Shown in pieces: positions 48,028-59,123 of a stretch of DNA of 64,000 nt (positions within the stretch are counted from its first letter, which is position 1; each line of letters starts with the position of its first letter). Source of the DNA: an uncultured delta proteobacterium (GTDB taxonomy: Bacteria; Desulfobacterota; Syntrophia; Syntrophales; UBA2185); assembly GCA_963729715.1 (NCBI GenBank), contig CAVSPA010000016.1, positions 28,064-92,063 on the forward strand, written 5' to 3'. A program made the translations under genes and the position numbers. Under the pieces are notes generated by a model that worked only from the letters and a program-made list of their open reading frames with translations, was not told where the DNA came from and did not search any database.

Positions 48028-49632
48028 ATGCTCAAAGGTATCAAAATAAGGGCTGCAATGGCATTGACTGTTTGCCTTTTGGGATTATTTTATCTTGCGC
48101 CTTCCCTGACAGCAGACCTTCCGGACGTTTGGAAAAAACACTTGCCCATGGACAAGATCCACTTAGGCCTGGATCTTCAGGGAGGAACCCATCTGGTGCT
48201 GGAAGTCGACACAGAGAAAGCGCTGGAAAACACAACTGAACGCCTGTCGAATGAAGTGAAAGAGACTCTCATGAACAACAAAGTCCGCTTCATGTATCTT
48301 GAGGGCGAGAGAAAAACGGGCGCCATAGCCTTTGAATTGCCCGATAGTGCATCGAAGGGTGCATTTGAAAAAACCATCAAAGACAATTATCCGGACCTGG
48401 AAACGGTTTCATCGGAAATTCGGGGTGGCAGAGAAGTTGTTACCCTTAAGATCAAGAAGAAACGAGCTGAAGAGATCAAAAAAATGGTCATCGAACAGAG
48501 TCTTGAGACCATCCGTAACAGGGTCGATCAATTCGGTATTACTGAACCGGAAATCATTCCCGAACGAAATGACCGCATAGTCATACAGCTTCCCGGCATC
48601 AAGGATACGGAACGCGCCAAGAATCTCATTGGAAAGACGGCTCTTCTGGAATTCAAGCTTGTTGATGAAGAACAGGGCATAGATAACGCATTGAAAGGCA
48701 ATGTGCCCCAGGGCGATTACATTGCCTATGAAACCCGACTGGATCGACAAACGGGACGGAGAACAAATATCCCGATCCTGCTGAAGAGCAGAACCCTCCT
48801 CACTGGTGGCGACCTCGAAAGTGCACAGGTAAAAATAAGCGACAGGTTCGGTGAGCCGTATGTGGCCATAAAGTTCAATACCCAGGGTGCGAAGGTATTT
48901 GACAGGATAACAGGAGAAAATGTGAAAAAGCGCCTCGCAATTATTCTCGATGGCTCCGTTTACTCGGCCCCGGTAATTCAGGAGAGAATTTCAGGCGGCG
49001 AGGCCCAGATCACTGGATCGTTTACCATGGATGAAGCCAAAGACCTCGCAATAGTCCTGCGTGCGGGGGCTCTCCCTGCACCAGTGAATATCCTGGAGGA
49101 AAGGACTGTGGGACCTTCCTTGGGCCAGGATTCCATCGACAAGGGAATATGGTCCGCCATTCTGGGAGGCATTCTGGTAGGCGTGTTCATGATTGTCTAT
49201 TACAGGTTCTCCGGGATTGTCGCGAACATTGCCCTTCTGATGAATATATTCATCATTCTCGGAGCTTTGGCGGCTTTCAAGGCGACACTGACCCTTCCCG
49301 GTATAGCGGGCATTGTCTTGATTATCGGTATGTCCGTGGATGCCAACGTCCTTATATTTGAAAGAATTCGTGAAGAGATTCGTGGAGGTAAGACTCCGAG
49401 GGCATCCATCGAAACGGGATATGCCAAGGCCTTCATGACTATTTTTGATACGAATGTTAACGCTTTGATTGCTTCTCTGTTCCTCTTTGGTTTCGGTACA
49501 GGACCCGTTAAGGGTTTCGCCGTTACCCTGAGCATAGGCATAATCTCGAGCCTATTCACCGCCGTCTTTGTGACAAGAATTATTTTTGATTACTTCATCT
49601 GGTATAGAAAGATTGAATCCGTCAGTGTTTGA
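48028..49632 (+). CDS. secD: Protein translocase subunit SecD
   Basis: LGLDLQGG, RNRVDQFG..EP, LRAGALPA, VGPSLG, TLPGIAG, VDANVLIFERIREE. Confidence 0.97.
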   Translation: MLKGIKIRAAMALTVCLLGLFYLAPSLTADLPDVWKKHLPMDKIHLGLDLQGGTHLVLEVDTEKALENTTERLSNEVKETLMNNKVRFMYLEGERKTGAIAFELPDSASKGAFEKTIKDNYPDLETVSSEIRGGREVVTLKIKKKRAEEIKKMVIEQSLETIRNRVDQFGITEPEIIPERNDRIVIQLPGIKDTERAKNLIGKTALLEFKLVDEEQGIDNALKGNVPQGDYIAYETRLDRQTGRRTNIPILLKSRTLLTGGDLESAQVKISDRFGEPYVAIKFNTQGAKVFDRITGENVKKRLAIILDGSVYSAPVIQERISGGEAQITGSFTMDEAKDLAIVLRAGALPAPVNILEERTVGPSLGQDSIDKGIWSAILGGILVGVFMIVYYRFSGIVANIALLMNIFIILGALAAFKATLTLPGIAGIVLIIGMSVDANVLIFERIREEIRGGKTPRASIETGYAKAFMTIFDTNVNALIASLFLFGFGTGPVKGFAVTLSIGIISSLFTAVFVTRIIFDYFIWYRKIESVSV

Positions 49633-49693
49633 CACAATCATTTCAGAACCTGCTTTGGAGCTTGATATAACTTTTGACCCTTAGGAGACACAA

Positions 49694-50602
49694 ATGGAAC
49701 TTGTAAAACCGGGAATCAATATCAATTTTGTCGGTCGGTTAAAATACGCAGTTATCTTCTCGGTGGTGCTAACCATTATCTGCATAATTTCTATCGCATG
49801 GAGGGGACTAAACTACGGGATCGATTTCGCCGGCGGCACGCTCGTCCAGATTAAATTTCACAAAGCGGTGTCAGCCGACGACATCAGAAAGGTTCTGGTT
49901 CAGATCGGCATCGATGACAGCGTTATCCAAACGTTTGGCGCCGATGAGGTAATAATCAGAACTGCAAAGTCCTCGTCGGAGATCAAGGGGCTTTCCGCCA
50001 AGATTGAGGAATCATTGAATGCTACGTACGGGAAAGACGCTTTCCAGGTGCAGCGGGTCGAGGTGGTGGGACCAAAGGTCGGCAAGGATTTAACGCAAAA
50101 AGCGATCCTGGCCGTTATTTTTTCCTGGGTCGGTATGCTCATCTATATAGCCATACGGTTTGAATTCCGTCATGCTGTGGGCGGCATTGTAGGCGTAATT
50201 CATGACGTAACCATAGTGGTAGGAATTTTTTCCATCTTCGCCATAGAATTTACACTCACCGTTGTTGCCGCCCTCTTGACTATTATCGGTTACTCCATTC
50301 ACGATACAATTGTGGTTTTTGACCGGGTCAGAGAAAACGTAAGAAAGAATACCAGAAAAGACCTTCCCACAGTCATGAACGAGAGCATAAATCAGACGTT
50401 GAGCCGGACCATTCTGACATCCTTTACAGTGGCCATCGTCGTTGCCATTCTATATGTATTTGGCGGCGCCGTTATTCATGATTTCGCCTTTGCGCTTCTT
50501 ATAGGTGTCATCTTCGGTACGTACTCCTCCGTCTTTATCGCGGCTCCCGTAGTTCTTGCATGGGAGAGATATATGCCCTCGACGCTGAAGAGGAGAAAAT
50601 AA
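49694..50602 (+). CDS. secF: Protein translocase subunit SecF
   Basis: GIDFAGG, VGPKVG, HDV, GYSIHDTIVVFDRVRE, TLSRT, GTYSS. Confidence 0.97.
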   Translation: MELVKPGININFVGRLKYAVIFSVVLTIICIISIAWRGLNYGIDFAGGTLVQIKFHKAVSADDIRKVLVQIGIDDSVIQTFGADEVIIRTAKSSSEIKGLSAKIEESLNATYGKDAFQVQRVEVVGPKVGKDLTQKAILAVIFSWVGMLIYIAIRFEFRHAVGGIVGVIHDVTIVVGIFSIFAIEFTLTVVAALLTIIGYSIHDTIVVFDRVRENVRKNTRKDLPTVMNESINQTLSRTILTSFTVAIVVAILYVFGGAVIHDFAFALLIGVIFGTYSSVFIAAPVVLAWERYMPSTLKRRK

Positions 50603-50605
50603 GCG

Positions 50606-51118
50606 GTGACTCCTCTTGAGATTGCTGGCTTGACCGTCTTTGTCCTCGTGCTGTTTATGGGAATTTTTTCCATAGTATTCGGCATTCCCGGGACGGCCGT
50701 AATACTCATTGATGTCATCCTTTATGCCCTGATCACCGGTTTCGAAAGAGTCAGTATCAAGATCATCCTGATCCTGCTGGTCATCTCTATAATTGCAGAG
50801 GCTGTCGATTTTTCTTTTGGAATGGCAGGGGCGGCAAGATTTGGAATATCCAGGAGAGCAATTTGGATATCCGCAATCAGCGGCTTCATCGGTGCCGTGG
50901 CAATGACCCCTTTTTTTCTCGGCTTGGGCACCGTCGCAGGAATTTTTCTCGGTGGATTTGCCGGTGTGCTCGCGATCGAGCTGATCCATCAAGCCAAGTT
51001 AAAACCTGCGCTGAGGGCAGGCTATGGTGCTATCCTGGGAAGGATTGCCGGGACCCTCATAAAAGGATTTTGTGCTCTAGTAATGATAGTTATCACAATG
51101 TCAAATATATATTCATGA
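50606..51118 (+). CDS. DUF456-family membrane protein
   Basis: Gly-rich multi-TM protein with PG motif and G...FG.S pattern; GTG start. Confidence 0.65.
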   Translation: MTPLEIAGLTVFVLVLFMGIFSIVFGIPGTAVILIDVILYALITGFERVSIKIILILLVISIIAEAVDFSFGMAGAARFGISRRAIWISAISGFIGAVAMTPFFLGLGTVAGIFLGGFAGVLAIELIHQAKLKPALRAGYGAILGRIAGTLIKGFCALVMIVITMSNIYS

Positions 51119-51245
51119 ACGGTTAGTTTTCTTCATATGAATCGCAAGCTCCTGCGGGAGAATGACACGTGCGGGGGATACCGCTTGTGAGTCCGCACTT
51201 AAGCAGACAGGGCGATCTTCTGCAAAGGCTCCGAAAGGTTGAATC

Positions 51246-51899
51246 ATGACCAAAAACAAATCGAAATTACAAGAATATGCTGAAGCGATTGTCATTGCCA
51301 TCCTTATAGCGCTTTTTATAAGGACATTCGTAATTCAGGCCTTTAAAATCCCTTCGGGATCCATGAAGCCGACATTTGAAATCGGAGATCATATACTGGT
51401 AAATAAATTCATCTACGGCATAAAGATACCATTTATCAGAAATACACTGATTCCCATCAGCGAACCAAAACGCGGTGATATAGTGGTATTTATATACCCT
51501 GAAGACCGATCCAAGGATTTCATCAAACGTGTCATCGGTGTCAGTGGTGATACCATAGAAATCAGAAACAAAAAAATTTACTTAAATGGCCTGCCATACA
51601 ACGATTCCTATGGGATTTATACTGATGATTTCATAATACCCGGCTCTATACAGCCACGAGATAACTTCGGGCCGATGACGGTTCGTCCTGATGCCATTTT
51701 TGTGATGGGTGATAACAGAGACCAGAGCTATGACAGCAGATTCTGGGGTTTGGTTGACCTGAAAGATGTTATGGGAAAGGCCTTTATCATATACTGGTCA
51801 ATTGCGCCTTATGATGAAAAAGACGGTTCTTTCTGGGGCAGATTCTCGAGTGTGATCAGCAGAATCAGGTGGAAGAGAATCGCTCAATTGCCCCGTTAG
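51246..51899 (+). CDS. lepB: Signal peptidase I
   Basis: IPSGSMKPT, GDHILVNK, FIKRVIG, MGDNRD.SYDSRFWG. Confidence 0.96.
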   Translation: MTKNKSKLQEYAEAIVIAILIALFIRTFVIQAFKIPSGSMKPTFEIGDHILVNKFIYGIKIPFIRNTLIPISEPKRGDIVVFIYPEDRSKDFIKRVIGVSGDTIEIRNKKIYLNGLPYNDSYGIYTDDFIIPGSIQPRDNFGPMTVRPDAIFVMGDNRDQSYDSRFWGLVDLKDVMGKAFIIYWSIAPYDEKDGSFWGRFSSVISRIRWKRIAQLPR

Positions 51900-52048
51900 C
51901 GCCGCATCTAAAACGAAGACGCGGATAGATGGCCCGGAGTACTATTGAAGGTATAAAAAAGCTTTTTTTCTCTCCCTCGATATGATATGAAGTAATAAAT
52001 TGCTCGGCAAGGCGACAATCAAAACTGAGATATTGCACGCCGAGGCGG

Positions 52049-52081
52049 CCTTTTAATTTAATCCGGAGAGATTGAAAAAGG
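52049..52081 (+). promoter_or_regulatory. PyrR-binding RNA element (anti-antiterminator)
   Basis: CCUUUUAA...AAUCCGGAGAGAUUGAAAAAGG resembles the PyrR consensus (CUUUAA...ARUCCNGNGAGGYU) directly upstream of pyrR. Confidence 0.8.
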
Positions 52082-52117
52082 ATATGGACAAAAAAACAGT
52101 CATCAGCTTTCTCACCG

Positions 52118-52148
52118 GCCTTCTCATCAATAATGGGAAGGCTTTTTT
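52118..52148 (+). terminator. Attenuator terminator of the pyr leader
   Basis: GCCTTCTCAT-loop-ATGGGAAGGC-T6. The adjacent TCTCACCGG can pair with CCGGAGAGA of the PyrR loop to form the antiterminator. Confidence 0.8.
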
Positions 52149-52177
52149 GTAGCTATTTTCAGAGGTGAAACACGGCA

Positions 52178-52720
52178 ATGGAACAGAAGAAAGTCGTCAT
52201 GGATGCAGATGGCATAGACAGGTCTCTCACAAGAATCGCCTACGAAATTCTGGAAAAAAATAAAGGCACTGAAGAATTATGTCTGGTAGGCATCAGGACA
52301 GGAGGCGTTTTCCTTGCAGAAAGGCTGAAGAAGAAATTAACCAAGATTGAAGAAGTTGATTTACCGATAGGCATTCTGGACATCACACTTTATCGCGATG
52401 ACCTGCGTCTGACCGACAAGAAGCCCATGTTGGGCAAAACAGACATACCGTTTTCCCTGGATAATAGGAAAGTCGTCTTAGTTGACGACGTCCTCTTCAC
52501 AGGCAGGACAATAAGGGCCGCCATGGATGCCCTTATTGATTTCGGCAGACCCAAGCTCATAGAGCTTGCGGTTCTCATTGACAGGGGACACCGCGAGCTT
52601 CCGATCCGTGCGGATTTCGTGGGCAAGAATCTGCCGTCGTCGTTATGGGAATCGGTGGTCGTGAAACTCGTGGAGAAGAACGGTGTAGACGAAGTCGTCA
52701 TCCAGGACGACAACCAATAA
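52178..52720 (+). CDS. pyrR: Bifunctional pyr operon regulator / uracil phosphoribosyltransferase
   Basis: [39 protein letters not shown]. Confidence 0.97.
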   Translation: MEQKKVVMDADGIDRSLTRIAYEILEKNKGTEELCLVGIRTGGVFLAERLKKKLTKIEEVDLPIGILDITLYRDDLRLTDKKPMLGKTDIPFSLDNRKVVLVDDVLFTGRTIRAAMDALIDFGRPKLIELAVLIDRGHRELPIRADFVGKNLPSSLWESVVVKLVEKNGVDEVVIQDDNQ

Positions 52721-52780
52721 AAAGAGAATGCTTAAGAGACTAGACCAACATCGAGTCAATCCATTGTTTGAGGTTCCCTC

Positions 52781-53704
52781 ATGAAGCTAACGAAAAAAGA
52801 TATCCTCGGCATCAAAGACCTGTCCGTTGATGAGATAAATCTGATTCTCGATACCGCAGAATCATTTATCGAAGTCTCCACCCGGGAAATTAAAAAGGTG
52901 CCAACCTTGAGAGGCAAGACGGTCGTAAATTTCTTCTTCGAAGCCAGCACAAGGACCAGAACCTCCTTTGAAATAGCAGGAAAAAGACTAAGCGCCGATA
53001 CCATCAATATTTCTGCAACGACAAGCAGTGTCGTAAAGGGCGAGACCCTTATCGACACTGCCCGGAACCTGGAAGCCATGAATCCGGATGCCATTGTTAT
53101 CAGACACAGTGCGGCAGGTGCACCCCACATGCTGGCAAGAATGGTCAAACAATCCATAATCAATGCTGGTGATGGAGCCCATGAGCACCCAACCCAGGCA
53201 TTATTAGACATGATGACCATAAAGGAAAAAAAGGGGACGCTTTCTGGTCTCAGGGTGGCTATTGTGGGTGACATTGCACACAGCCGGGTGGCCCGTTCCA
53301 ACATCTATGGCCTCACAAAGATGGGGTCCCATGTGATTGTGGCTGGGCCGGCGATGATGATCCCCAGGGATGTCGGCCGCATGGGGGTGACTGTTTATAA
53401 TAATCTGCCAGAAGCGATTAAAGATGTTGATATAATCATGATGCTCAGAATTCAGCTGGAAAGACAGCAGCAGAAAATTTTCCCATCGCTTAGAGAATAT
53501 TCGAGCTACTTCTGTCTGAACAGACAGAATATCAAGCTGGCTAAGGAAGACGTCCTGGTTATGCACCCCGGACCAATCAACAGGGGCATTGAAATTTCGT
53601 CTGATATTGCCGATGGCCCTTATTCCATAATACTTGACCAGGTGACAAATGGCGTGGCCGTTCGCATGGCACTGCTGTATCTGCTCATAGGAGGCCAACG
53701 ATGA
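52781..53704 (+). CDS. pyrB: Aspartate carbamoyltransferase catalytic subunit
   Basis: [39 protein letters not shown]. Confidence 0.97.
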   Translation: MKLTKKDILGIKDLSVDEINLILDTAESFIEVSTREIKKVPTLRGKTVVNFFFEASTRTRTSFEIAGKRLSADTINISATTSSVVKGETLIDTARNLEAMNPDAIVIRHSAAGAPHMLARMVKQSIINAGDGAHEHPTQALLDMMTIKEKKGTLSGLRVAIVGDIAHSRVARSNIYGLTKMGSHVIVAGPAMMIPRDVGRMGVTVYNNLPEAIKDVDIIMMLRIQLERQQQKIFPSLREYSSYFCLNRQNIKLAKEDVLVMHPGPINRGIEISSDIADGPYSIILDQVTNGVAVRMALLYLLIGGQR

Positions 53705-55008
53705 AATTACTGCTCACAGGCGGAAGGATAATTGACCCCTCACAGGGTCTGGATGCGCACCTGGACATCCTGATAGCAAATGGAAAGATCGCCGAGATCG
53801 GGAAAAGCACACAAAAGCCCAAGACTGATTCCCGTAAATCAGCGTCCCGGGAAATTAATATCGTCGATATCAACGGTATGGTTGCAGTGCCAGGATTAAT
53901 CGACATACATACCCATCTGCGCGAACCGGGATTTGAATACAAAGAAACTATTCAGACGGGAAGCGAAGCCGGCGCTGCGGGAGGATTCACGTCTGTGGCC
54001 TGCATGCCCAACACCAATCCCGTCAACGACACCCGCTCCGTAACGGAGTATATTAGAAGAAAAGCGGCTTCCTGCGACCTCGTTAACATATACCCCATTG
54101 CATCCATCAGCATGGGATCAGAAGGAGCCTCCCTCACGGAATTCATGGACCTGAAGGATGCCGGTGCCATTGCATTCTCAGATGACGGGAAACCGGTGAC
54201 AAACAGCGCTCTGATGAGAAGGGCGCTTGAATATGCATCTTCACTCGGCATGCCAATCATCTCACACTGCGAAGACACCTGCCTGTCTCACGGGGGATCT
54301 ATGAATGAAGGGTTTGTGTCCACCGAACTCGGTCTTCAGGGAATTCCCAATATAGCGGAAGACGCAATCGTTGCCAGAGATATAATCATAGCCGATTACA
54401 CAGGGGCGCTTCTCCATATCGCCCACGTGAGCACTGCGGGTGCCGTGAGACTGATCAGGGATGCCAAAGCGAGAGGCCTCAGGGTAACGGCGGAAACCGC
54501 TCCCCACTACTTCACTCTCACCGACGAGGCATTGAGGGAATTCGATACGTGCGCCAAGGTCAATCCCCCCTTGCGCACAATCGAAGACGTCAAAGCTGTA
54601 AGAGAGGGACTCCAGGATGGAACCATCGACGTCATCGCAAGTGACCACGCTCCGCATGCGTCAACAGACAAAGAGGTGGAATTCGAATATGCCTCATTCG
54701 GTATCACAGGATTGGAAACCTCGTTTGCTCTCAGCCTCAGGCTTGTTGACGACGGCATTCTCACGCTCAGCCAGTTGATACTAAGTATGAGTACAAATCC
54801 CGCGCGGATCCTCAACATTCCCAAAGGAACCCTGAAGACAGGCGGAGATGCTGATATCACTGTGATCGATCCCAATAGAAATTGGACGGTTGACCGCAGC
54901 AAGCTGCGATCAAAAGGGAAAAACACACCCTTTCATGGACAGACAATGAAAGGAAGGGCCATAATGACAATTATGGGCGGGGAAATAAAATATCGAGACC
55001 TGCCATGA
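53701..55008 (+). CDS. pyrC: Dihydroorotase
   Basis: [41 protein letters not shown]. Confidence 0.96.
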   Translation: MKLLLTGGRIIDPSQGLDAHLDILIANGKIAEIGKSTQKPKTDSRKSASREINIVDINGMVAVPGLIDIHTHLREPGFEYKETIQTGSEAGAAGGFTSVACMPNTNPVNDTRSVTEYIRRKAASCDLVNIYPIASISMGSEGASLTEFMDLKDAGAIAFSDDGKPVTNSALMRRALEYASSLGMPIISHCEDTCLSHGGSMNEGFVSTELGLQGIPNIAEDAIVARDIIIADYTGALLHIAHVSTAGAVRLIRDAKARGLRVTAETAPHYFTLTDEALREFDTCAKVNPPLRTIEDVKAVREGLQDGTIDVIASDHAPHASTDKEVEFEYASFGITGLETSFALSLRLVDDGILTLSQLILSMSTNPARILNIPKGTLKTGGDADITVIDPNRNWTVDRSKLRSKGKNTPFHGQTMKGRAIMTIMGGEIKYRDLP

Positions 55009-55790
55009 ATACAAGAGTCGTGCATAAGACCTCAGCAATCGTCATACATTCCCTCGATTATGGAGAATCGGACCGTATTGTAACCTTTTACTCGAGCGAT
55101 TTCGGTAAGATTAAAGGAATCGCAAAAGGCGCAAGGCGAAGCAAGATAAGATTCTCCAATGCCCTTGAACCTTCATCTTACTGCAACATCATTTTTTCCA
55201 AGAAGGGACGGGGGACGCTCGCTCTTATCGAAGGGTGTGACGTCATAGACCACCACGCAAATATTAGGGAAGACCTTCATAGGACGCTGCTCTCTTCATA
55301 TATTGCAGAGCTAATTGACAAATTCACGCTGGAAGGCAAAAAAAATATTGGCCTATTTGACTTATTGCTGAACTTCCTCCGCCTCATTGACGATGGAGCC
55401 TGCTCGGAAGCGTTGATACGTTTTTTTGAGATACGCCTCCTGAGACTTGCAGGATATGAACCGGTCTTAGACAGGTGCATGACTTGTAAGAAGCCGGTCG
55501 GCGGAGATACCCTCTATTATTTTATCGTGAGCGATGGCGGCCTCAGATGCAATGAGTGCCACCGGAACAACTCCGGTTCTCTTTACGTTTCTTTGGGAAC
55601 CATAAGAACGCTTCTCATGGGAAAAGAGATAGATATCGCAAGAATCAACATAATTACCTTTTCGGAGCAGACGGCCAAAGAAAGCAAGGATGTCCTTGTC
55701 GGCTTCATTCAGTACCTCCTCGGGAAAGAAATTAAATCATTCATGGTTCTTAATGACGTCCAAAAAATGGGAATCTTATCTTCGCAGTAG
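55005..55790 (+). CDS. recO: DNA repair protein RecO
   Basis: YGESDRIV, GIAKGARRS, Zn finger CMTC...CNEC; precedes glyQS. Confidence 0.92.
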   Translation: MNTRVVHKTSAIVIHSLDYGESDRIVTFYSSDFGKIKGIAKGARRSKIRFSNALEPSSYCNIIFSKKGRGTLALIEGCDVIDHHANIREDLHRTLLSSYIAELIDKFTLEGKKNIGLFDLLLNFLRLIDDGACSEALIRFFEIRLLRLAGYEPVLDRCMTCKKPVGGDTLYYFIVSDGGLRCNECHRNNSGSLYVSLGTIRTLLMGKEIDIARINIITFSEQTAKESKDVLVGFIQYLLGKEIKSFMVLNDVQKMGILSSQ

Positions 55791-55899
55791 CCTGCCACCG
55801 GTTTTTCATGTTGACACGCATCCACACCCATGTTAGTTAACTGCGGTTAAACGCCTATAAAATCAAAGCGGAAGCCACTAAGCAACCGAGGAGGGTCAG

Positions 55900-56790
55900 G
55901 TGAACTTTCAAGAATTAATATTCGCCCTTGATAAATACTGGGCTGACTATGGGTGTGTCATTCAACAGCCTTACGACCTTGAAGTGGGAGCCGGCACATT
56001 CAATCCCGCGACATTTCTCAGGGCTCTGGGACCGGAACCCTGGAATGTGGCCTACGTCGAACCGTCGCGAAGGCCCACTGACGGCAGGTATGGAGACAAT
56101 CCAAACAGGTTGCAACACTATTACCAGTATCAGGTGATATTGAAGCCCTCCCCCCTGGACATCCAGAGTCTTTACCTCGACTCACTGAAGAATTTCGGCA
56201 TAGACCCCCTCGATCACGACATCAGGTTTGTTGAAGACGACTGGGAATCGCCCACGCTCGGCGCCTGGGGACTGGGATGGGAAGTCTGGCTAGACGGTAT
56301 GGAGATAACGCAGTTCACCTACTTCCAGCAGTGCGGAGGCATCGACCTCAATCCCATATGCGGCGAACTCACTTACGGCATCGAGCGCATTGCCATGTAT
56401 ATACAGGAGATAGACAATGTATACGACCTTAAGTGGAATGACCGGGTCACATATGGCGACGTACACCATAAAGGCGAGGTGGAATGGTCATTCTATAATT
56501 TCGAATATGCAGATGTCGGGATGCTGAGGAAATTTTTCGATATGTGCGAGGCTGAATCCATCAGGATGTCTGAAAAAGAGTTGATCCTTCCCACTTACGA
56601 TTACTGCCTCAAGTGCTCCCACATATTCAACCTGCTGAACGCACGTGGCGCCATAAGTGTGGCGGAACGTACGAGCTACATAGGCAGGGTGAGAAATCTG
56701 GCCAGGATAAGCGCCGAAGGTTATCTCAAGCAAAGAGAAAAGATGGGGTTTCCCCTCCTAAAGAGAAGTAAAGAAAATAGCAACGGGTAA
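55900..56790 (+). CDS. glyQ: Glycine-tRNA ligase alpha subunit
   Basis: [43 protein letters not shown]. Confidence 0.98.
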   Translation: MNFQELIFALDKYWADYGCVIQQPYDLEVGAGTFNPATFLRALGPEPWNVAYVEPSRRPTDGRYGDNPNRLQHYYQYQVILKPSPLDIQSLYLDSLKNFGIDPLDHDIRFVEDDWESPTLGAWGLGWEVWLDGMEITQFTYFQQCGGIDLNPICGELTYGIERIAMYIQEIDNVYDLKWNDRVTYGDVHHKGEVEWSFYNFEYADVGMLRKFFDMCEAESIRMSEKELILPTYDYCLKCSHIFNLLNARGAISVAERTSYIGRVRNLARISAEGYLKQREKMGFPLLKRSKENSNG

Positions 56791-56870
56791 ATAAAATATC
56801 AATACTTGACTTTCTGAATGCTTTTGCATTTTTGATGGTCATATTTAGAATCTGAAATTGGAGATGATGA

Positions 56871-58943
56871 ATGGGCAAGGAACTTCTACTTGAGATAGGA
56901 ACAGAGGAAATACCCGCGGCCTTTCTGCCGAAAGCTATTAGAGATATGGAAGAAATTATACGGAGGGAACTCTCCAGCAAGCGCATCCAGCACGATGAAA
57001 TCAAGGCAATGGCAACGCCCCGGAGGCTTTGTCTTTTTGTTATAAACGTAGCAGGCAGGCAGGAAGATCAGATTATTGAAAAGATCGGTCCCGCCAAGAG
57101 AGTTGCTTTTGATGAGCATGGAAATCCAACCAAGGCAGCCACGGGCTTTGCAACAGGTCAGGGAATAGACATTTCGGAACTCGATGTAGTTGCGACCGAG
57201 AAGGGCGAGTATATCTGTGCGCGAAAGAAGATTACCGGTGAAGATACGATGGCACTGTTACCGGAGATCATGACAAAATTCATAATATCCATCCCCTTCA
57301 GAAAATCCATGCGCTGGTCTGACCTGCAAATTCGCTTCGTAAGGCCGATTCATTGGATACTGGCCATATACGGCGGTGAAACGATACCGTTTGTGATCGG
57401 AAATATAGAGAGCGGAGATAGAAGTTACGGCCATCGCTTCATGAGCACGAAATCATTTAAGGTAAAAAAAATAAAAGAATATGTGACAAATTGCAAGAAT
57501 CACTTTGTCATTGTTGATCCTGAAGAACGGAAGAGTATTATACTTGTGGAAGCTGAAAAAGCCGCGGACACTGTAGGCGGCAAGATCTTTTACACGGAAG
57601 ATCTTCTTGAAACAGTTACCTATCTTGTTGAATATCCGACTGCCGTCTGCGGAAGCTTTGATAAGGACTATCTGAAGCTGCCCAAAGAGGTTCTTACGAC
57701 TTCCATGATTTCACATCAAAAATATTTTCCTGTAGTCGATGATGAAAGAAAATTGCTGCCATATTTTATAACTATAAATAACACTTCTGCCCGAGATCCA
57801 CAGGTCGTGGCGAGAGGTAATGAAAAAGTAATTCGGGCAAGGTTGGCAGATGCAAAATTCTTCTTCGAAGAAGATCAAAAAACCTCCCTCGATCAGCACT
57901 TTGAGAAGTTAAGGCAGGTTGTATTTCACACGCAGCTGGGAACTTCATACGAAAAGGTCATGCACATGAGAGAGCTTGCCCTGTATATAACAGGGCAGAT
58001 CGATCCTTCCCTTAAAGATACAGTTGATCGAACTGCCATCCTCGCCAAGGCCGATCTGGAAACGCAGATGGTCTGCGAGTTCACCGAACTTCAGGGCATC
58101 ATGGGAAGGGAATATGCATTGATAGCCGGTGAAAATCCTGTCGTCGCAAAAGCGATCTATGAACACTACCTCCCCATAGCCGCAGGAGGCGACCTCCCGG
58201 AAACGCATGAAGGCGCCATAGTCAGTATCGCGGACAAGCTCGACACTATCGTCGGATTCTTCGGTGTTAATCTGATCCCCACAGGCACGGCGGACCCGTA
58301 TGCGTTACGGCGGCAGGCGATCGGGATCATCAACATAATCATAAACAAGCGCTATCCCCTGAATCTGAAAATCATGATCGAAAAGAGCATCACGATCATA
58401 GGTGGTAAGCTCAAGAGAGCTCCCGACGAGATAACGGCCAATGTGCTTGAGTTCTTCAAGGGCAGATTTGAAAATCTGCTCACCTCTCAGGGACATCCCT
58501 ATGATGTAGTTGACGCCGTACTTGAAACGGGCGCCGCGGATATTATCCGGTCATTTGAGAAAATCAAGGCAATGGAAACTTTCAAGTCCCACGCGGATTT
58601 CGAGCCGCTCGCGATCGCTTTTAAACGTGTAGGCAATATCATTAAAGACTTTAAGAATGGCTCAGTTGATCCCTCAAAATTCGAATCTGAAGAAGAAAGA
58701 ACTCTGTGCGCCGCTTTCTTACGTACAAAGGAGAAAGCTATTAAGCATATCGAGAGGGATGACTATCTATCCGCCCTGATCGAACTGGCCACTTTGAGAA
58801 AACCTGTCGATGATTTTTTTAATAATGTCCTCGTTATGGCGAAAGACGATGCAGTGCGGTTCAACCGTCTTTCCCTTCTCAAAGAGATCTCAGGAGTATT
58901 CCATATGATCGCCGACTTTTCGAAAATTGTCACAGGATCCTGA
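56871..58943 (+). CDS. glyS: Glycine-tRNA ligase beta subunit
   Basis: LLEIGTEEIP, TPRR, FVRP.HW, RARLADA.FF, EFTELQG.MG, DPYALRR, NRL.LL. Confidence 0.97.
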   Translation: MGKELLLEIGTEEIPAAFLPKAIRDMEEIIRRELSSKRIQHDEIKAMATPRRLCLFVINVAGRQEDQIIEKIGPAKRVAFDEHGNPTKAATGFATGQGIDISELDVVATEKGEYICARKKITGEDTMALLPEIMTKFIISIPFRKSMRWSDLQIRFVRPIHWILAIYGGETIPFVIGNIESGDRSYGHRFMSTKSFKVKKIKEYVTNCKNHFVIVDPEERKSIILVEAEKAADTVGGKIFYTEDLLETVTYLVEYPTAVCGSFDKDYLKLPKEVLTTSMISHQKYFPVVDDERKLLPYFITINNTSARDPQVVARGNEKVIRARLADAKFFFEEDQKTSLDQHFEKLRQVVFHTQLGTSYEKVMHMRELALYITGQIDPSLKDTVDRTAILAKADLETQMVCEFTELQGIMGREYALIAGENPVVAKAIYEHYLPIAAGGDLPETHEGAIVSIADKLDTIVGFFGVNLIPTGTADPYALRRQAIGIINIIINKRYPLNLKIMIEKSITIIGGKLKRAPDEITANVLEFFKGRFENLLTSQGHPYDVVDAVLETGAADIIRSFEKIKAMETFKSHADFEPLAIAFKRVGNIIKDFKNGSVDPSKFESEEERTLCAAFLRTKEKAIKHIERDDYLSALIELATLRKPVDDFFNNVLVMAKDDAVRFNRLSLLKEISGVFHMIADFSKIVTGS

Positions 58944-59123
58944 TTATCTTTGCTGATTAGTCCATGTGTTTCTATTTCCTTTGTGATATTTGTCACTTTC
59001 ATCCATGTTCTAAGGCAATCCTCAAGAAATAAGTTTATATTGAATTTTTTTTTATTCTGATTTAATATGCGGAGGAAATTGATTCCTTTAAAGAATATAT
59101 AAATATAGCGTAATGATTAATAT

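Noticed and set aside
51119..51245. Riboswitch or ncRNA upstream of lepB
   Set aside because: One GC hairpin (GTGCGG...CCGCAC) but no recognisable aptamer consensus.
55791..55899. T-box riboswitch upstream of glyQ
   Set aside because: The region is too short, with no T-box consensus or terminator; only a plausible TTGACA promoter is present.
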